A DNA stretch of 32,000 nucleotides from Mycoplasmoides genitalium G37 (GCF_000027325.1 NC_000908.2:540001-572000), one strand, 5' to 3'; counted from the first letter of the stretch, positions 1-10,802 are shown. The notes: a model not told the origin generated them from the sequence alone. Numbers and translations are program-made.

Positions 1-1
1 T

Positions 2-529
2 AGTGAAAAACTAGCATTAATTGCTTCTAAAACTGATGAGAAAATAGTACTTAGAAGAGTAGTTGTATTTGAAACTAAAACTAATCAAATTTTCACCTAT
101 TTACATGCCAATAAAAGAATTGGGGTAATTATTGAGATTCAAGGAAAACTCAACGAAGATGATGGTAAGCATTTAGCAATGCATATTGCTGCTAATTCAC
201 CACAATTTATTGATCAAAGTGATGTTAATCAAACATGACTTCAAAATGAAAGAAATATTATCCGTTCCCAAGCAGAATTAGAGGTTAAAGAAAATCCTAA
301 AAAAGCAATTTTTTTAGAAAAAACTATTGAAGGTAGAGTTAACAAATTACTAATTGATACCTGCTTAATTAACCAAAAATACTTAATTGATGAAACTAAA
401 ACAATTGGTCAATTTTTAAAAGAAAAACAAGCTAAGGTTCTTAAATTTATTAGGTATGAAGTGGGAGAGGGGATTATAAAGGAAACTGTTGATTTTGTTA
501 GTGAAGTAAATGCACAAATCAAACAATAA
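2..529 (+). CDS. tsf: Elongation factor Ts, C-terminal part (5' end outside window)
   Basis: Open frame from base 2 (SEKLALIASKTDEKIVLRRVVVFETKTNQI...QTWLQNERNIIRSQAELEVKENPKK...) to TAA at 527-529, TGA read as Trp; located directly upstream of pyrH-frr-cdsA, the usual order. Confidence 0.9.
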
Positions 530-1241
530 AATCCGCCAAAGAATAATCATTAAACTTAGTGGTGCTGGGCTAACCAAAGAAAATTCTCAACCCTTTTCTA
601 ATGATTTTTTTGAAACTATTATTAATCAATTAAAAGTTTTAAAAGAAAGCTATCAAGTAGGAATTGTTATTGGTGGGGGTAACATTATCAGAGGTAATAA
701 TTGCCAAGAATTTAACATTGCTGAATACCATGGTCATCAACTTGGTATTATAGCAACAGTAGTTAATGGCTATTTTTTAAAAGCAAAGTTAGATGCACAT
801 AATTTGAAAAGTGCTTTACTAAGTGCAATTAGTTGTCCTAGTTTAGCAGTGCAAATTCTTTCACAGCAAACTATTGATAAAGCTTTTGAAGAGAATGACT
901 TTGTCATTTTTTCAGGTGGCACTGGTAATCCTTATTTTTCCACTGACACTGCATTAGCTTTAAGAGCAGTGCAAACAAAAGCAGTTGCTATTCTGATTGG
1001 AAAAAATGGTGTTGATGGTGTTTATACAGCTGATCCTAAAAAAGATAAAAATGCAACCTTTTTACCAACACTCAACTATGACCATGCCATTAAAAATGAT
1101 TTGAAAATTATGGATATTACTGCTTTTACTATGTGTAAGGAAAATAATCTGAAAATAATTATTTTTAACATTAATGCTGAGAATGCATTATTAGATGCAT
1201 TAAACAAAAAAGGTCGCTTTACTATAATTGAAAATAACTAA
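510..1241 (+). CDS. pyrH: Uridylate (UMP) kinase
   Basis: 243-aa ORF with IKLSGAGL, VIGGGNIIRG, GTGNPYFSTDTALALRA and GVDGVYTADPKKDKNA motifs of the amino-acid/UMP kinase family. True start uncertain; may lie slightly downstream of 510. Confidence 0.95.
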   Translation: MHKSNNKIRQRIIIKLSGAGLTKENSQPFSNDFFETIINQLKVLKESYQVGIVIGGGNIIRGNNCQEFNIAEYHGHQLGIIATVVNGYFLKAKLDAHNLKSALLSAISCPSLAVQILSQQTIDKAFEENDFVIFSGGTGNPYFSTDTALALRAVQTKAVAILIGKNGVDGVYTADPKKDKNATFLPTLNYDHAIKNDLKIMDITAFTMCKENNLKIIIFNINAENALLDALNKKGRFTIIENN

Positions 1242-1792
1242 TGACAAAAGCACATTACATTGATTTTTTTAAACAAGCAGCTGATAAAAAAATTCAATGA
1301 TTAAAAGAAGAGTTAACAAAGATTAGAACAGGTAGGCCAAATCCTAAAATCTTTGATAATCTTTTGATTGAAAGTTATGGACAAAAAATGCCTTTAATAT
1401 CTTTAGCTCAAGTGACTATTAATCCGCCAAGAGAAATAATCATAAAACCATTTGATCCTAAGAGTAATACTAATGCTATTTACAGTGAAATTCAGCGGGC
1501 AAACATTGGTGTTCAACCAGTTATTGATGGTGAAAAAATTCGTGTTAATTTTCCCCAAATTACTCAAGAAACTCGCTTAGAAAATATTAAGCACGTTAAA
1601 AAAATAATAGAGCAAATTTATCAAGAACTGAGGGTTGTAAGAAGAGATGCATTACAAATGATTAAAAAAGATAATCACAATGAGGATTTAGAAAACTCTT
1701 TAAAAGCTGAAATAGAAAAAATTAACAAAAATTATTCTAATCAATTAGAAGAGATTCAAAAAGACAAAGAAAAAGAATTGCTAACAATTTAA
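1241..1792 (+). CDS. frr: Ribosome recycling factor
   Basis: ATG at 1241 overlaps the pyrH stop (TAATG); MTKAHYIDFFKQAADKKIQW...RTGRPNPKIFDNLLIESYGQKMPLISLAQVTINPPREIIIKPFDP...NIGVQPVIDGEKIRVNFPQITQETR, 183 aa with one TGA Trp. Confidence 0.95.
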
Positions 1793-2986
1793 ATGAATGA
1801 AAAAGCAAAACAATTCATCAAAAAGCGAACTTCAGTATTCATTGCTTTATTAGTTGTATTTTGCTTTTTTCTTTTAATTAGCGCATTTGCTGATGGTTTT
1901 AACTTTTGATCACCGTGATCAGCAGATTTCAATTCAAGAACATTAAAAGTAGAACAAGCAAGTGGTGTTACTAGTGTTATTAGTACTGAGATTAATGAAA
2001 ACTTTAAAGCTGTTCGTTTCAGCTTTAGCATAATCATTATTTTAATTGTTGGGGTAATTGGTTCTCTGATGATTTGAGAGTTGTTCACAAACATACTAAA
2101 AAATAAACCAAAACTAAGCTTAAGTTTAACGTTGTTAAATGCTGGAATAATTATTTTTGGGATGATTGGTACTTTTGTTGTTGTTTATTTTTACAAATGA
2201 AATGCAACTGTTAATGGTATTTGAACATTAAGTTTTACTCTTTCTGTGGTTTTACTTTGAATAATTTACATTGCTTGCATGAGTAAAACAAGAATTAAGT
2301 TTAGCTTACAACTTTCATATAGCTTAGGAGCTATTGCTTGCTTTATTGCTAGCATAGGTACTATTTACTTTTCTGTTATCAGGGGTTGAACTACAATCTT
2401 TTTATTGATGAGTTTAGCAGTCAGTGTTGATACATTTTCTTTTCTTTTTGGAAAGCGCTTTGGTAAAAATCCTTTAATTAAAATTTCACCATCAAAAACA
2501 TGAGAAGGAGCTTTTTTTGGCATCATTAGCACCATTGTTGTTGTTGCTTTACTTTGTGTTTTATATTCAATTCCTTTCTTTGTAGCAAAGCCTACTTTTA
2601 ATCAAACAAATGGAATAGCGCTCAATACACCCCAAAATTATGATAGCCATAATCTTATTACCAATATTTTTTTAATTGCCTTTATCTCTGGAGGAAGTAG
2701 TTTTTATATCTACTGGTGGGTAAGCACTTTAGCTTTAATTTTTACAGGATCTGTTTTTGCAATAGGCGGTGATCTTTTTTTTAGTTATATTAAACGCTTA
2801 ATTAGTATCAAAGATTTTTCTAAGGTTTTAGGTAAACATGGGGGAGTTTTAGATCGATTTGATTCAAGTTCTTTTTTAATTAGTTTCTTCTTTGTTTATC
2901 ATTTAATAGCAGGAACCATTTCCAACCAAAGGTTGTTGATGGAACCTAATACTTATTTCAGTGCAATCACTAGTATTCAAAGCTAG
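1793..2986 (+). CDS. cdsA: Phosphatidate cytidylyltransferase, polytopic membrane protein
   Basis: 397 aa when TGA is Trp; C-terminal CDS signature SPSKTWEGAFFG...[39 protein letters not shown]. Missing from the track because of many TGA codons. Confidence 0.93.
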
Positions 2987-3005
2987 TATTTAGAATTAAT
3001 AAAGT

Positions 3006-4157
3006 ATGACTCCAAAACTAAAGCTAAATAACAACATAAACTGAACCAAAAGAACAATTGATTCTTTGTTTGATTTAAAAAAAGGTGAAATGCTTGAAAA
3101 AGAGTTAATTACACCTGAGGGAAAATATGAATATTTTAACGGTGGTGTAAAAAATTCAGGAAGAACTGACAAGTTCAATACTTTTAAGAACACTATTAGT
3201 GTAATTGTTGGTGGATCTTGTGGTTATGTAAGGCTAGCTGATAAAAATTTCTTTTGTGGTCAAAGTAATTGCACATTAAATTTGTTAGATCCGCTTGAAC
3301 TTGATCTTAAATTTGCTTACTATGCTTTGAAATCACAACAAGAAAGAATAGAGGCTTTAGCTTTTGGGACCACGATTCAAAACATTAGAATTTCAGATTT
3401 AAAAGAATTGGAAATTCCTTTCACATCAAATAAGAATGAACAGCATGCTATTGCAAATACTTTAAGTGTTTTTGATGAGAGACTAGAAAACTTAGCTTCT
3501 TTAATTGAGATTAACAGGAAACTAAGAGATGAATATGCTCACAAACTCTTTAGCTTAGATGAAGCTTTTCTAAGTCATTGAAAACTAGAAGCATTACAAA
3601 GCCAAATGCATGAAATTACTTTAGGGGAAATATTTAATTTCAAAAGTGGTAAATATCTAAAGAGCGAGGAGAGATTAGAAGAAGGGAAATTTCCTTATTA
3701 TGGAGCGGGAATTGATAACACTGGTTTTGTAGCTGAACCTAATACTGAAAAAGACACAATTTCTATTATTTCTAATGGTTATTCACTAGGTAACATCAGG
3801 TATCATGAAATTCCTTGGTTTAATGGCACAGGTAGCATTGCATTAGAACCCATGAATAATGAAATCTATGTACCATTCTTTTACTGTGCTTTAAAGTATT
3901 TGCAAAAAGATATTAAAGAAAGAATGAAAAGTGATGATTCACCTTTTTTATCCTTAAAACTAGCAGGTGAAATTAAAGTGCCTTATGTTAAGTCATTTCA
4001 ACTGCAAAGAAAGGCAGGAAAAATCGTCTTTTTGTTAGATCAAAAATTAGACCAATATAAAAAAGAACTAAGTTCTTTAACAGTGATTCGTGACACTTTG
4101 TTAAAAAAATTATTCCCCGATATGACTGAAAGAACTAAATCTATTAAGGATTATTAA
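3006..4157 (+). CDS. Type I restriction-modification specificity (S) subunit-like protein, orphan
   Basis: Two track fragments (3066-3581, 3606-4157) join in frame via a TGA Trp (LSHWKLEALQSQMHEITLGEIF). 383 aa with two similar halves (FDLKKGEMLEKELITPEGKYEYFNGG / FNFKSGKYLKSEERLEEGKFPYYGAG), each followed by a helical conserved region. Corresponds to MG438. Confidence 0.88.
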
Positions 4158-4185
4158 TCAAAAACTTAATTCTTTCTTTCTAAAA

Positions 4186-4299
4186 TTACTTTAATATCTC
4201 TTTTCTTGCAAAATTAGATAATCTTTTCACACCAATTGAATAACCTGATTCAAAATATCCACCATTATTTTGATAGATAAAATTAACAAATACAAAAAT
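4186..4299 (-). pseudogene. Possible decayed coding remnant
   Basis: Stop-to-stop frame of 37 codons reading IFVFVNFIYQNNGGYFESGYSIGVKRLSNFARKEILK in the long gap between the S-subunit gene and the lipoprotein pair; no ATG; looks protein-like but family unknown. Confidence 0.25.
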
Positions 4300-4561
4300 T
4301 TACTTTCTTTATTTTTAATTTATCGATAAACAGTTCTTACAGCGCCAATATTAGTAACACTTTTTTTGGTTTAGCATTTACTTAATTTTTAGTTTCTTTA
4401 ACAAATTGAATTGTTATAAAAATGCGATTATTTTCTTGGATTTTAACTGCTTAACTTTTTTTATTTTGATATAAAGTTAACTAATAGAAAAGTATTTATC
4501 TTCTTTAGTTTTAAGATCAAAATATATCAGGTTTTATTTTTAAAAAAATTAAAAAATCTTA

Positions 4562-5380
4562 TTAAAGCAATGTGTAATAAAAAAACGGTAAAAGATCGAT
4601 TGACTTTCCCTTAAAAGTTCTTGTTCTAATTTTCTTCACTTGTTCATTTGTTGAAAGTAATAAATTCAACTTTTCATGAGAAGTACTCATGTCAATTTTG
4701 ATATCAAAAGGAAAGTTAATTGAAGCAGGTATACTACTAAAAGTACTTTCACTTACCCTCCTATTATCTGTTGGAGGAGTATAAGTAAAGATAACATCAC
4801 CATCAAAATTAGCTTTATCACCAGTAAAATCACTTTCACTTACACCACTTGTACTAGCTAAAAAGGATTTGATTAATGAAGTACTAGTATTGTCACTACC
4901 AACTATACCAGTCATTTTTAAGTGAATTTGAACTTTAAAATCTAAGTTATTTTTTCAACTGTATTGAAAATTAACTACCTTTTGACTTTTAACTCCTAAA
5001 ACTAAGGCGATTTGACCACTTATACCTGGATAAGTTTCATCAAAATATAAACCTTTTGCACTGATGTTAGGAGTAACATCTTCCTTTGATTTATTAACTC
5101 CAAATGCTTTAGCAAATCTGCTATAATCAAGTGGTTTTTCTAATAGTTGATAATCTAATAAAGTTGTTTTTCAACTGGCAAATACAGTATTAATTACCTC
5201 TTCCTTATCAGAACTATAACCCTTTTTTAAAAAAGTAACAGCATTATTTTTTGAAAGTTCTATATTGTTTCTCTGAAAATAAGCTTGTGCTTTTTCTAAA
5301 CCAGGATCAGTTGATGAACAGGCTACAGATAAAGTACTAAGTGAAATTAATGGTAATAAAAAGATCTTTCTGAGTTTCAT
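4562..5380 (-). CDS. Putative lipoprotein (272 aa), paralogue of its upstream neighbour
   Basis: [21 protein letters not shown] lipobox; track fragments 5171-5380 and 4562-4915 are in the same frame, separated by TGA Trp; real TAA at 4562-4564. Confidence 0.9.
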
Positions 5381-6205
5381 TACAAAATGGAATAAAGCAC
5401 ATATGGTAAAAGATCGATAGTTTGATCTTGGAAGTTTTGATCAGCTAATTGACCTACAAAATTACTTTGTAATAACTTTTGCATCAATTCATCTTTACCA
5501 ATAATTTGTAACCTTAAATTGGTATTAAAATTAATTTTTCTCAATAGAGTATCAAAACTAGATTTGGAAAATAAATTACTGGAAGGTGGAGTATAAGTAA
5601 AAATTAAATCAGCTGAAATAGAATTTTTATCTTTTATATCACTATCACTTAATCCTATTTGACTCAAATATGATTTTGCTTGAGCACTGTCAAAAGTTCC
5701 AGTAGCTTGTAACCTTATTTGGACTTTGAAATCACGAGAACTGTTATAGTAAAAACTAAAATCTGTAACTGTTTGACTACTCAATTTAATTACATTATTA
5801 ATAATACTTGCAACATTTTGCGTGTATCTTTCAACTAAACGTAAGCCTTTAACACCAGTGCTCGGTTCAACATCTTCCTTACTCTTACCACTGCCAAATG
5901 CTTTTACAAATCTACTTGGGTCTTGTTTTTCAAGAATCTTTTCGTCTTGCAAACTAAATCTTCAAGCATCTAATAGAACGTTTGTAGCACTTTTTGAATC
6001 CACTTCAAAACTATCTCTTAGTGAAGTAACTAACTCTTTCTTGTCTTGATTTAATTCACTATTTTTACTGAAACTATTTCTAAGTTGGTTTAAACTGGAA
6101 AAATTTGTTCCACTGCTTAAGTTAGAGCATGCTGTAATTAAAGAACCTAATACCATTAAAGAAGAAATGATGCCAGCTTTTGTTCAAAATTGTTTTTTTT
6201 AACAT
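5380..6205 (-). CDS. Putative lipoprotein, 5' frame interrupted at an 8-A tract
   Basis: Frame open from 6198 to TAA at 5380-5382 gives [24 protein letters not shown] (lipobox)...[30 protein letters not shown]. The only well-placed ATG (6203-6205) is out of frame by one base; shortest in-frame ATG is 6154-6156. Confidence 0.8.
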
Positions 6206-6298
6206 TGTTTAAGTTAACAGATTTTCTTATTTGTAATTTTTTGATCATTAATAGAGGTAAACTTCAACAACAATCATTTAGAAGTTTTGTTTCTATTT

Positions 6299-6709
6299 TT
6301 ATCAATTAACAAATAGAAGGTTTCTATACTTAAAAAAACAAAAATAATCACTTAATTTTGAATTAATAACTTCTTGTTCTTGCAAGCCTAGATTATTGAC
6401 ATGAAACAGTTTTACTGCTTGAAAAGTTTCATTGGAAATCGATTCTCTACTTAATCTAATTCCAAGATTTTGAATTTGTGTTTTTATAAAAAAATGAATA
6501 TTAGCAATTAAGTTTCAAACTATTTCTGTTTTTTGAAAAAGTCTAACTAAAAGATATAAAGAAGTCTGATTAAACAAAAAATGCTTAAATCTTTTTCCAA
6601 AGTTTCTAAATAAAACTAATATTATTTTTAAACAAAAAAGAAACAGTACAAAAAATGCAAATACTGATGCTTTTAAACTAAATTTAGATCTAAGAAAACT
6701 AACACTCAT
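6299..6709 (-). CDS. Hypothetical basic/hydrophobic protein with one predicted N-terminal TM helix (136 aa)
   Basis: Track ORF 6515-6709 extends through TGA codons to TAA at 6299-6301: MSVSFLRSKFSLKASVFAFFVLFLFCLKIILVLF... Confidence 0.7.
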
Positions 6710-6879
6710 TGCGTTTTAAGCAAACTAAAAACAACAATTAAGAATGATTTTTCAAAAGTTGCAACTATAATTTTAAAACTTTTATTGATTTCTTTTGTAT
6801 TAAAAACATTTGCACAACTTACTCTAAATTAATATCTTTTTACTAATAATAAGAGATTTTTTTAAAACTAATGGAATTA

Positions 6880-7692
6880 CTAATTAAGTTCATAACTTAA
6901 TTTGCCATATTTCCCATTAATAAGTTCATTAATAAAAATTTCACATGCTAAGTTAGTGTTTAGTTCATTAGCTTTCTTAATTAAGCCTCTCACTTTAGCA
7001 AATTTTTCCAAAAAGTTAATAAAGCTATCCGCTTCAAATGGTAAAAGCTGTTTGTAATGTTTCTTAAGATAATTAAAAGCAAACATTCCCACTTCTTCTA
7101 TATTAACTACTTCTCTTCTAATAACATTAGTCAAAACTAGTTTATATCCAATTTGAATTTCATCAATTCTTTTCAAAAAAACTCCTGGGGTATCACTTAA
7201 TAATAATTCAGGGCTAATTTGAATCCAATTTAATGATTTAGTAATACCAGCGCGGTTAGCTACTTTTAAGTGATTTTTATTTATCAAAAGGTTAATTAAA
7301 CTAGATTTACCTACATTGGGCATGCCAATAACTGCTAATCTAAATTGTTTGATTAATAAGCCTTTTGCTTTTAATTGTTGTCTTTTATTTGCAAATAAAG
7401 TTGTTAATGTCTTTAGAACTTTTTTTTTGAGTTTAAAAGGTTCTTTTAATGAACCAAATAAGATCTTTTTATTTGGTTTGTATTGTGCTAAATCTGTCTT
7501 TAATGCCAGTATTAATTTTGGTTTATTTAAAAAATAACTAATTATTTCTGAATTATGAGTTAAAGTTGGTGCTCTAGCATCTACTATCTCAATGATGCCA
7601 TCAATTTGACTAGATAACTTTTTTAATTGATCATGGATCTTTTTCATGTGACCCGGGAACCAATTAATTTTGGCGGAGGTATATGTGTCCAT
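6880..7692 (-). CDS. rbgA: Circularly permuted GTPase, ribosome 50S assembly factor RbgA/YlqF-like
   Basis: NWFPGHMKK start, DARAP, then LKTDL (G4-like) preceding GMPNVGKSSLINLL (G1) and DTPGV (G3): permuted G-motif order. Confidence 0.93.
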   Translation of the reverse strand: MDTYTSAKINWFPGHMKKIHDQLKKLSSQIDGIIEIVDARAPTLTHNSEIISYFLNKPKLILALKTDLAQYKPNKKILFGSLKEPFKLKKKVLKTLTTLFANKRQQLKAKGLLIKQFRLAVIGMPNVGKSSLINLLINKNHLKVANRAGITKSLNWIQISPELLLSDTPGVFLKRIDEIQIGYKLVLTNVIRREVVNIEEVGMFAFNYLKKHYKQLLPFEADSFINFLEKFAKVRGLIKKANELNTNLACEIFINELINGKYGKLSYELN

Positions 7693-8860
7693 CTATTCCC
7701 CTGATTCTTGTAATAGATACCAAACAATCCTTGTCAATTTGTCTAATAATCTTAATTAAATGGGGAATTTCTACATACATGGAAACAGAAACTATCATCT
7801 TCTTTTTGAGTAAAGAATAACCACCAAGCGTTTCTTGAATAGATAAACTGTGATTAGCATTATCACTTAACAATGCTTTTCTAACTTCTTCAAGCTTATC
7901 AGTAAATACTTTAATTTCAGCAAAATTATAACGAGGGAAAAGATAACTAACTACTGTTCCTGTTAACAAAATTGAAAAAAAAGTTGCAATTAAATTAGGT
8001 GAGAAAAATAAACTAACTTCCCAAGCAGAATCACGATAATTATTGACATCTTGCAACAATAAACTACCAGCAACAAAAGAACCAATTAGAATAGCAATAA
8101 TCAGAATAAAACTATTTACATAAAAAAGAATTGATCCTACTGATCTATTTTTCTTACGAGCATAATATTGGGTTAAGAAGTCCGCTCCCCCAGCAGAACC
8201 ACCTAGTATGTAAAGTAATGAAACTGATATGCCATTATAAAAACCATAAATAGCTGCATAAATAAATGTGGAAATAATTACATTACCTTGGGAAGTATCA
8301 CTTCATAAAAAAGGGACAAAACCGGCACTTTGATTTAAATCTTTCGCTGCTTTTCAAAAGTTAGTATCTGTTATAGAAGCTAACATTGGTGGTAAATTAT
8401 CAGAACCTGGAATAATACTGATTAAAAAACCAAATACGTTAGATGCAACAACAAAATGGGTTGAAAGAATAGTAAAGTTTTTACCTATTTTTTTATAAGA
8501 AAAAATAATTAAAGGGATGTTGATAAAGACATATAAAAGCCAGTAAAGGATGTTAAAAATTAATAATCTTTGAGTTTCATCAAAACTTTTTAACAAAACA
8601 AACACTAATCTAGCAAAACCTTGAGTTAAAGAACTAATTCCAAAGCTATATAAACCTGTTTTTTGAATAAAAATAAGTAAAAGAAAAGCATTAATAATTG
8701 ATAGTAAGTAAACTAATACATACTTTAATGGTTTTTTAGCCTCATAAAGATTGCTAAACATCAAAAAAGAGTTAGAAATCCTTACGCGTTTAGAACCAGA
8801 TGCGACTGTTATCTTTGATTCTTTTTTAAATAAGTTGTTAAAAAATTTCATTTGTAACAA
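7664..8860 (-). CDS. YitT-like polytopic membrane protein with C-terminal DUF2179-like domain (398 aa)
   Basis: Track fragments 7664-8059 and 8354-8860 share a frame; joining sequence includes GGSAGGADFLTQYYARKKNRSVGSILFYVNSFILIIAILIG, typical of the YitT family; C-term YVEIPHLIKIIRQIDKDCLVSITRIRGIDG. Confidence 0.82.
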
Positions 8861-8866
8861 ACTTTT

Positions 8867-9226
8867 TTAAGACTTTTTTTCTTTAATTTTTGCTGACTTA
8901 CCAGATCTTTCACGCATATAAGAGATGTATGCTCTTCTTACTTTACCCCTGCGTTTTACTTCTATGTCTATATTAGGGTTGTGGATTTGAAAGTTTTTTT
9001 CAATAGGAATTCCATCAGTGGTTTTTCTTACCATGAAAGTTTCGCTAATCCCTCTTCCCCTTCTTCTTAAAACAGTTCCAGTGAAGTTTTGAACTCGAAC
9101 TTTTTCTTTTTCACGTAACTTAATAGCAACATTAACTTCATCTCCTGCTCCAAATTCAGGAACATATTCCTTTAACTGTTTTTGTTCTACTGCATCAATT
9201 AATGCTTGTTTATTTATTTTTTTCAT
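8867..9226 (-). CDS. rplS: 50S ribosomal protein L19
   Basis: FGAGDEVNVAIKLREKEKVRVQNFTGTVLRRRGRGISETFMVRKTTDGIPIEKNFQIHNPNIDIEVKRRGKVRRAYISYMRERSGKSAKIKEK. Confidence 0.98.
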   Translation of the reverse strand: MKKINKQALIDAVEQKQLKEYVPEFGAGDEVNVAIKLREKEKVRVQNFTGTVLRRRGRGISETFMVRKTTDGIPIEKNFQIHNPNIDIEVKRRGKVRRAYISYMRERSGKSAKIKEKKS

Positions 9227-9905
9227 TTTTATTTTCTAAGTATTTTTTGTATAAATCAGGTCTGTATTTTGCAGTTTTTAAGATTTGCTGTTCTTTACGA
9301 AATGATTCAATCTTTTGGTGATCTCCTGAAAGTAAAACTTCAGGAACTTTATCGCCTTTTAAATCGTATGGCCTTGTATAAACAGGAAAATCTAATAGAT
9401 TATCATTGAATGATTCACAAATAAGACTCTGATCATTAATAACTCCTTTAATTAATCTAACAGTAGCATCAATAACACTTAGTGCTACAAGTTCCCCACC
9501 ACTTAAAACAAAATCACCTAAAGAAACAATTTGATCAATATATTTATAAATTCTTTGATCAAAACCTTCATAGTGACCAGATAACAAAATTAAGTGTTCG
9601 TATTTTGTAAGTTTTTTAGCACAATTCTGAGAAAATTGTTCACCTTCTGGGGAGAGTAAAACTACATGAGAATTTGGGGCTTTATAAAAATTTAAACAAT
9701 TAATAATAGGTTCAGCTTTTAAAACCATGCCACTTCCTCCACCATAAGCCATATCATCCACAGTTTTATGTTTATCATTGCAAAAATTTCTTCAATTTAC
9801 TACTTCAAATTGAACTAAATTTGCTTTTTGAGCTTGTAACATAATAGAACTATTTAAGTAAGGCCAAATAGTGTTTTCAAAAAGTGTTAAAACAGTGATT
9901 TTCAC
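9210..9905 (-). CDS. trmD: tRNA (guanine-N1)-methyltransferase
   Basis: GTG start at 9903-9905; MKITVLTLFENTIWPYLNSSIM...DDMAYGGGSGMVLKAEPI...LLSGHYEGFDQRIYKYIDQIVSLGDFVLSGGELVALSVIDATVRLIKGVI. Track gives only the part after a TGA. Confidence 0.95.
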
Positions 9906-10192
9906 TACTTTTTAGGACTTGTTTCTTTCTTATTTTTACTTTCAATAAATTTCTTCCACAAACCAGATTCACTAAATAAAGAACGGACTGTATCAGTTGG
10001 AATTGCCCCTTTATTAAGTCAATCTAAGGCAACAGTTTCATCTAATTTACACTTATTTTCCTTTAAAGCTGGATTTAGATGTCCAATTAAAGCGATATAC
10101 TTTCCATTACGCTTTACTCGCGAATCAACCGCTACTATTCTATAAAGCGGATAGTGTACTCTTCCCATCCGCATCAATCTTATTTTGACCAA
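9905..10192 (-). CDS. rpsP: 30S ribosomal protein S16
   Basis: M(TTG)VKIRLMRMGRVHYPLYRIVAVDSRVKRNGKYIALIGHLNPALKENKCKLDETVALDWLNKGAIPTDTVRSLFSESGLWKKFIESK. Start codon TTG inferred. Confidence 0.93.
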
Positions 10193-10284
10193 TGATTTTT
10201 TTCTTAATAAAGCGGCTAATTATAACTTTTTAAAGTTCTATTTTATCTATGCTTAAGAATAACTTAATCAGCTATTTTTTATTC

Positions 10285-10686
10285 GTCTAGTTAATAAATT
10301 TAATCATCCAATAAGGCCCGATTTTCATTTTGCATGTCATCTGCAAACTCATTATTTTTTTAGATAAATAAGTTCTTATCTTTATATCTAACAAAGTCTT
10401 AATTATTTTCTGTTGTTTAGCATATTATTTTAAGGCGTTAAACTTGTTTTCAGAATTAATGATGAAATAGTTGTTTTGCTATTCACAATAGCAAAACTTA
10501 AATTTGAATTATGTTTTTGTTTATTAATCTGTTCAATATGTTCTTCTCAAATTAACCTATATTTTTATCGGTTAATTCTTTTTTAATTTCATATAAGTAG
10601 ATTAATGTAGTTCCACTATTAACAAATTTTTGTTTATTTTTAAGGAATTCCAATAGTTTTTGTCACTTTCATTTGGGAGGAGAGAT
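10285..10686 (-). pseudogene. Possible decayed gene in the rpsP/MATE gap
   Basis: Three successive protein-like frame segments on the minus strand: 10686-10552 ISPPKWKWQKLLEFLKNKQKFVNSGTTLIYLYEIKKELTDKNIG*, 10564-10430 KYRLIWEEHIEQINKQKHNSNLSFAIVNSKTTISSLILKTSLTP*, and KNNEFADDMQNENRALLDD* ending at 10300. Confidence 0.35.
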
Positions 10687-10802
10687 TTACCATTTTTAAT
10701 TGAATTAATTACAAAATTTTTTTTAACAAATAATTAGTTGTTTAATAATCGAAATTATTAATTAGTTTTTTTAGCATTCATACTGTAATTGGATTTTTCT
10801 AA

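Noticed and set aside
1789-2094. Minus-strand ORF of 101 aa opposite cdsA
   Set aside because: cdsA reads continuously with TGA as Trp and has the family signature; the antisense ORF is a by-product. Likewise 2996-3193 opposite the S-subunit gene.
6515-6709. Apparent truncation of many genes at TGA (e.g. 6515, 8059, 11040, 20291, 25344)
   Set aside because: Not pseudogenes: TGA occurs at conserved Trp positions and frames continue to TAA/TAG, which is the normal code 4 usage.
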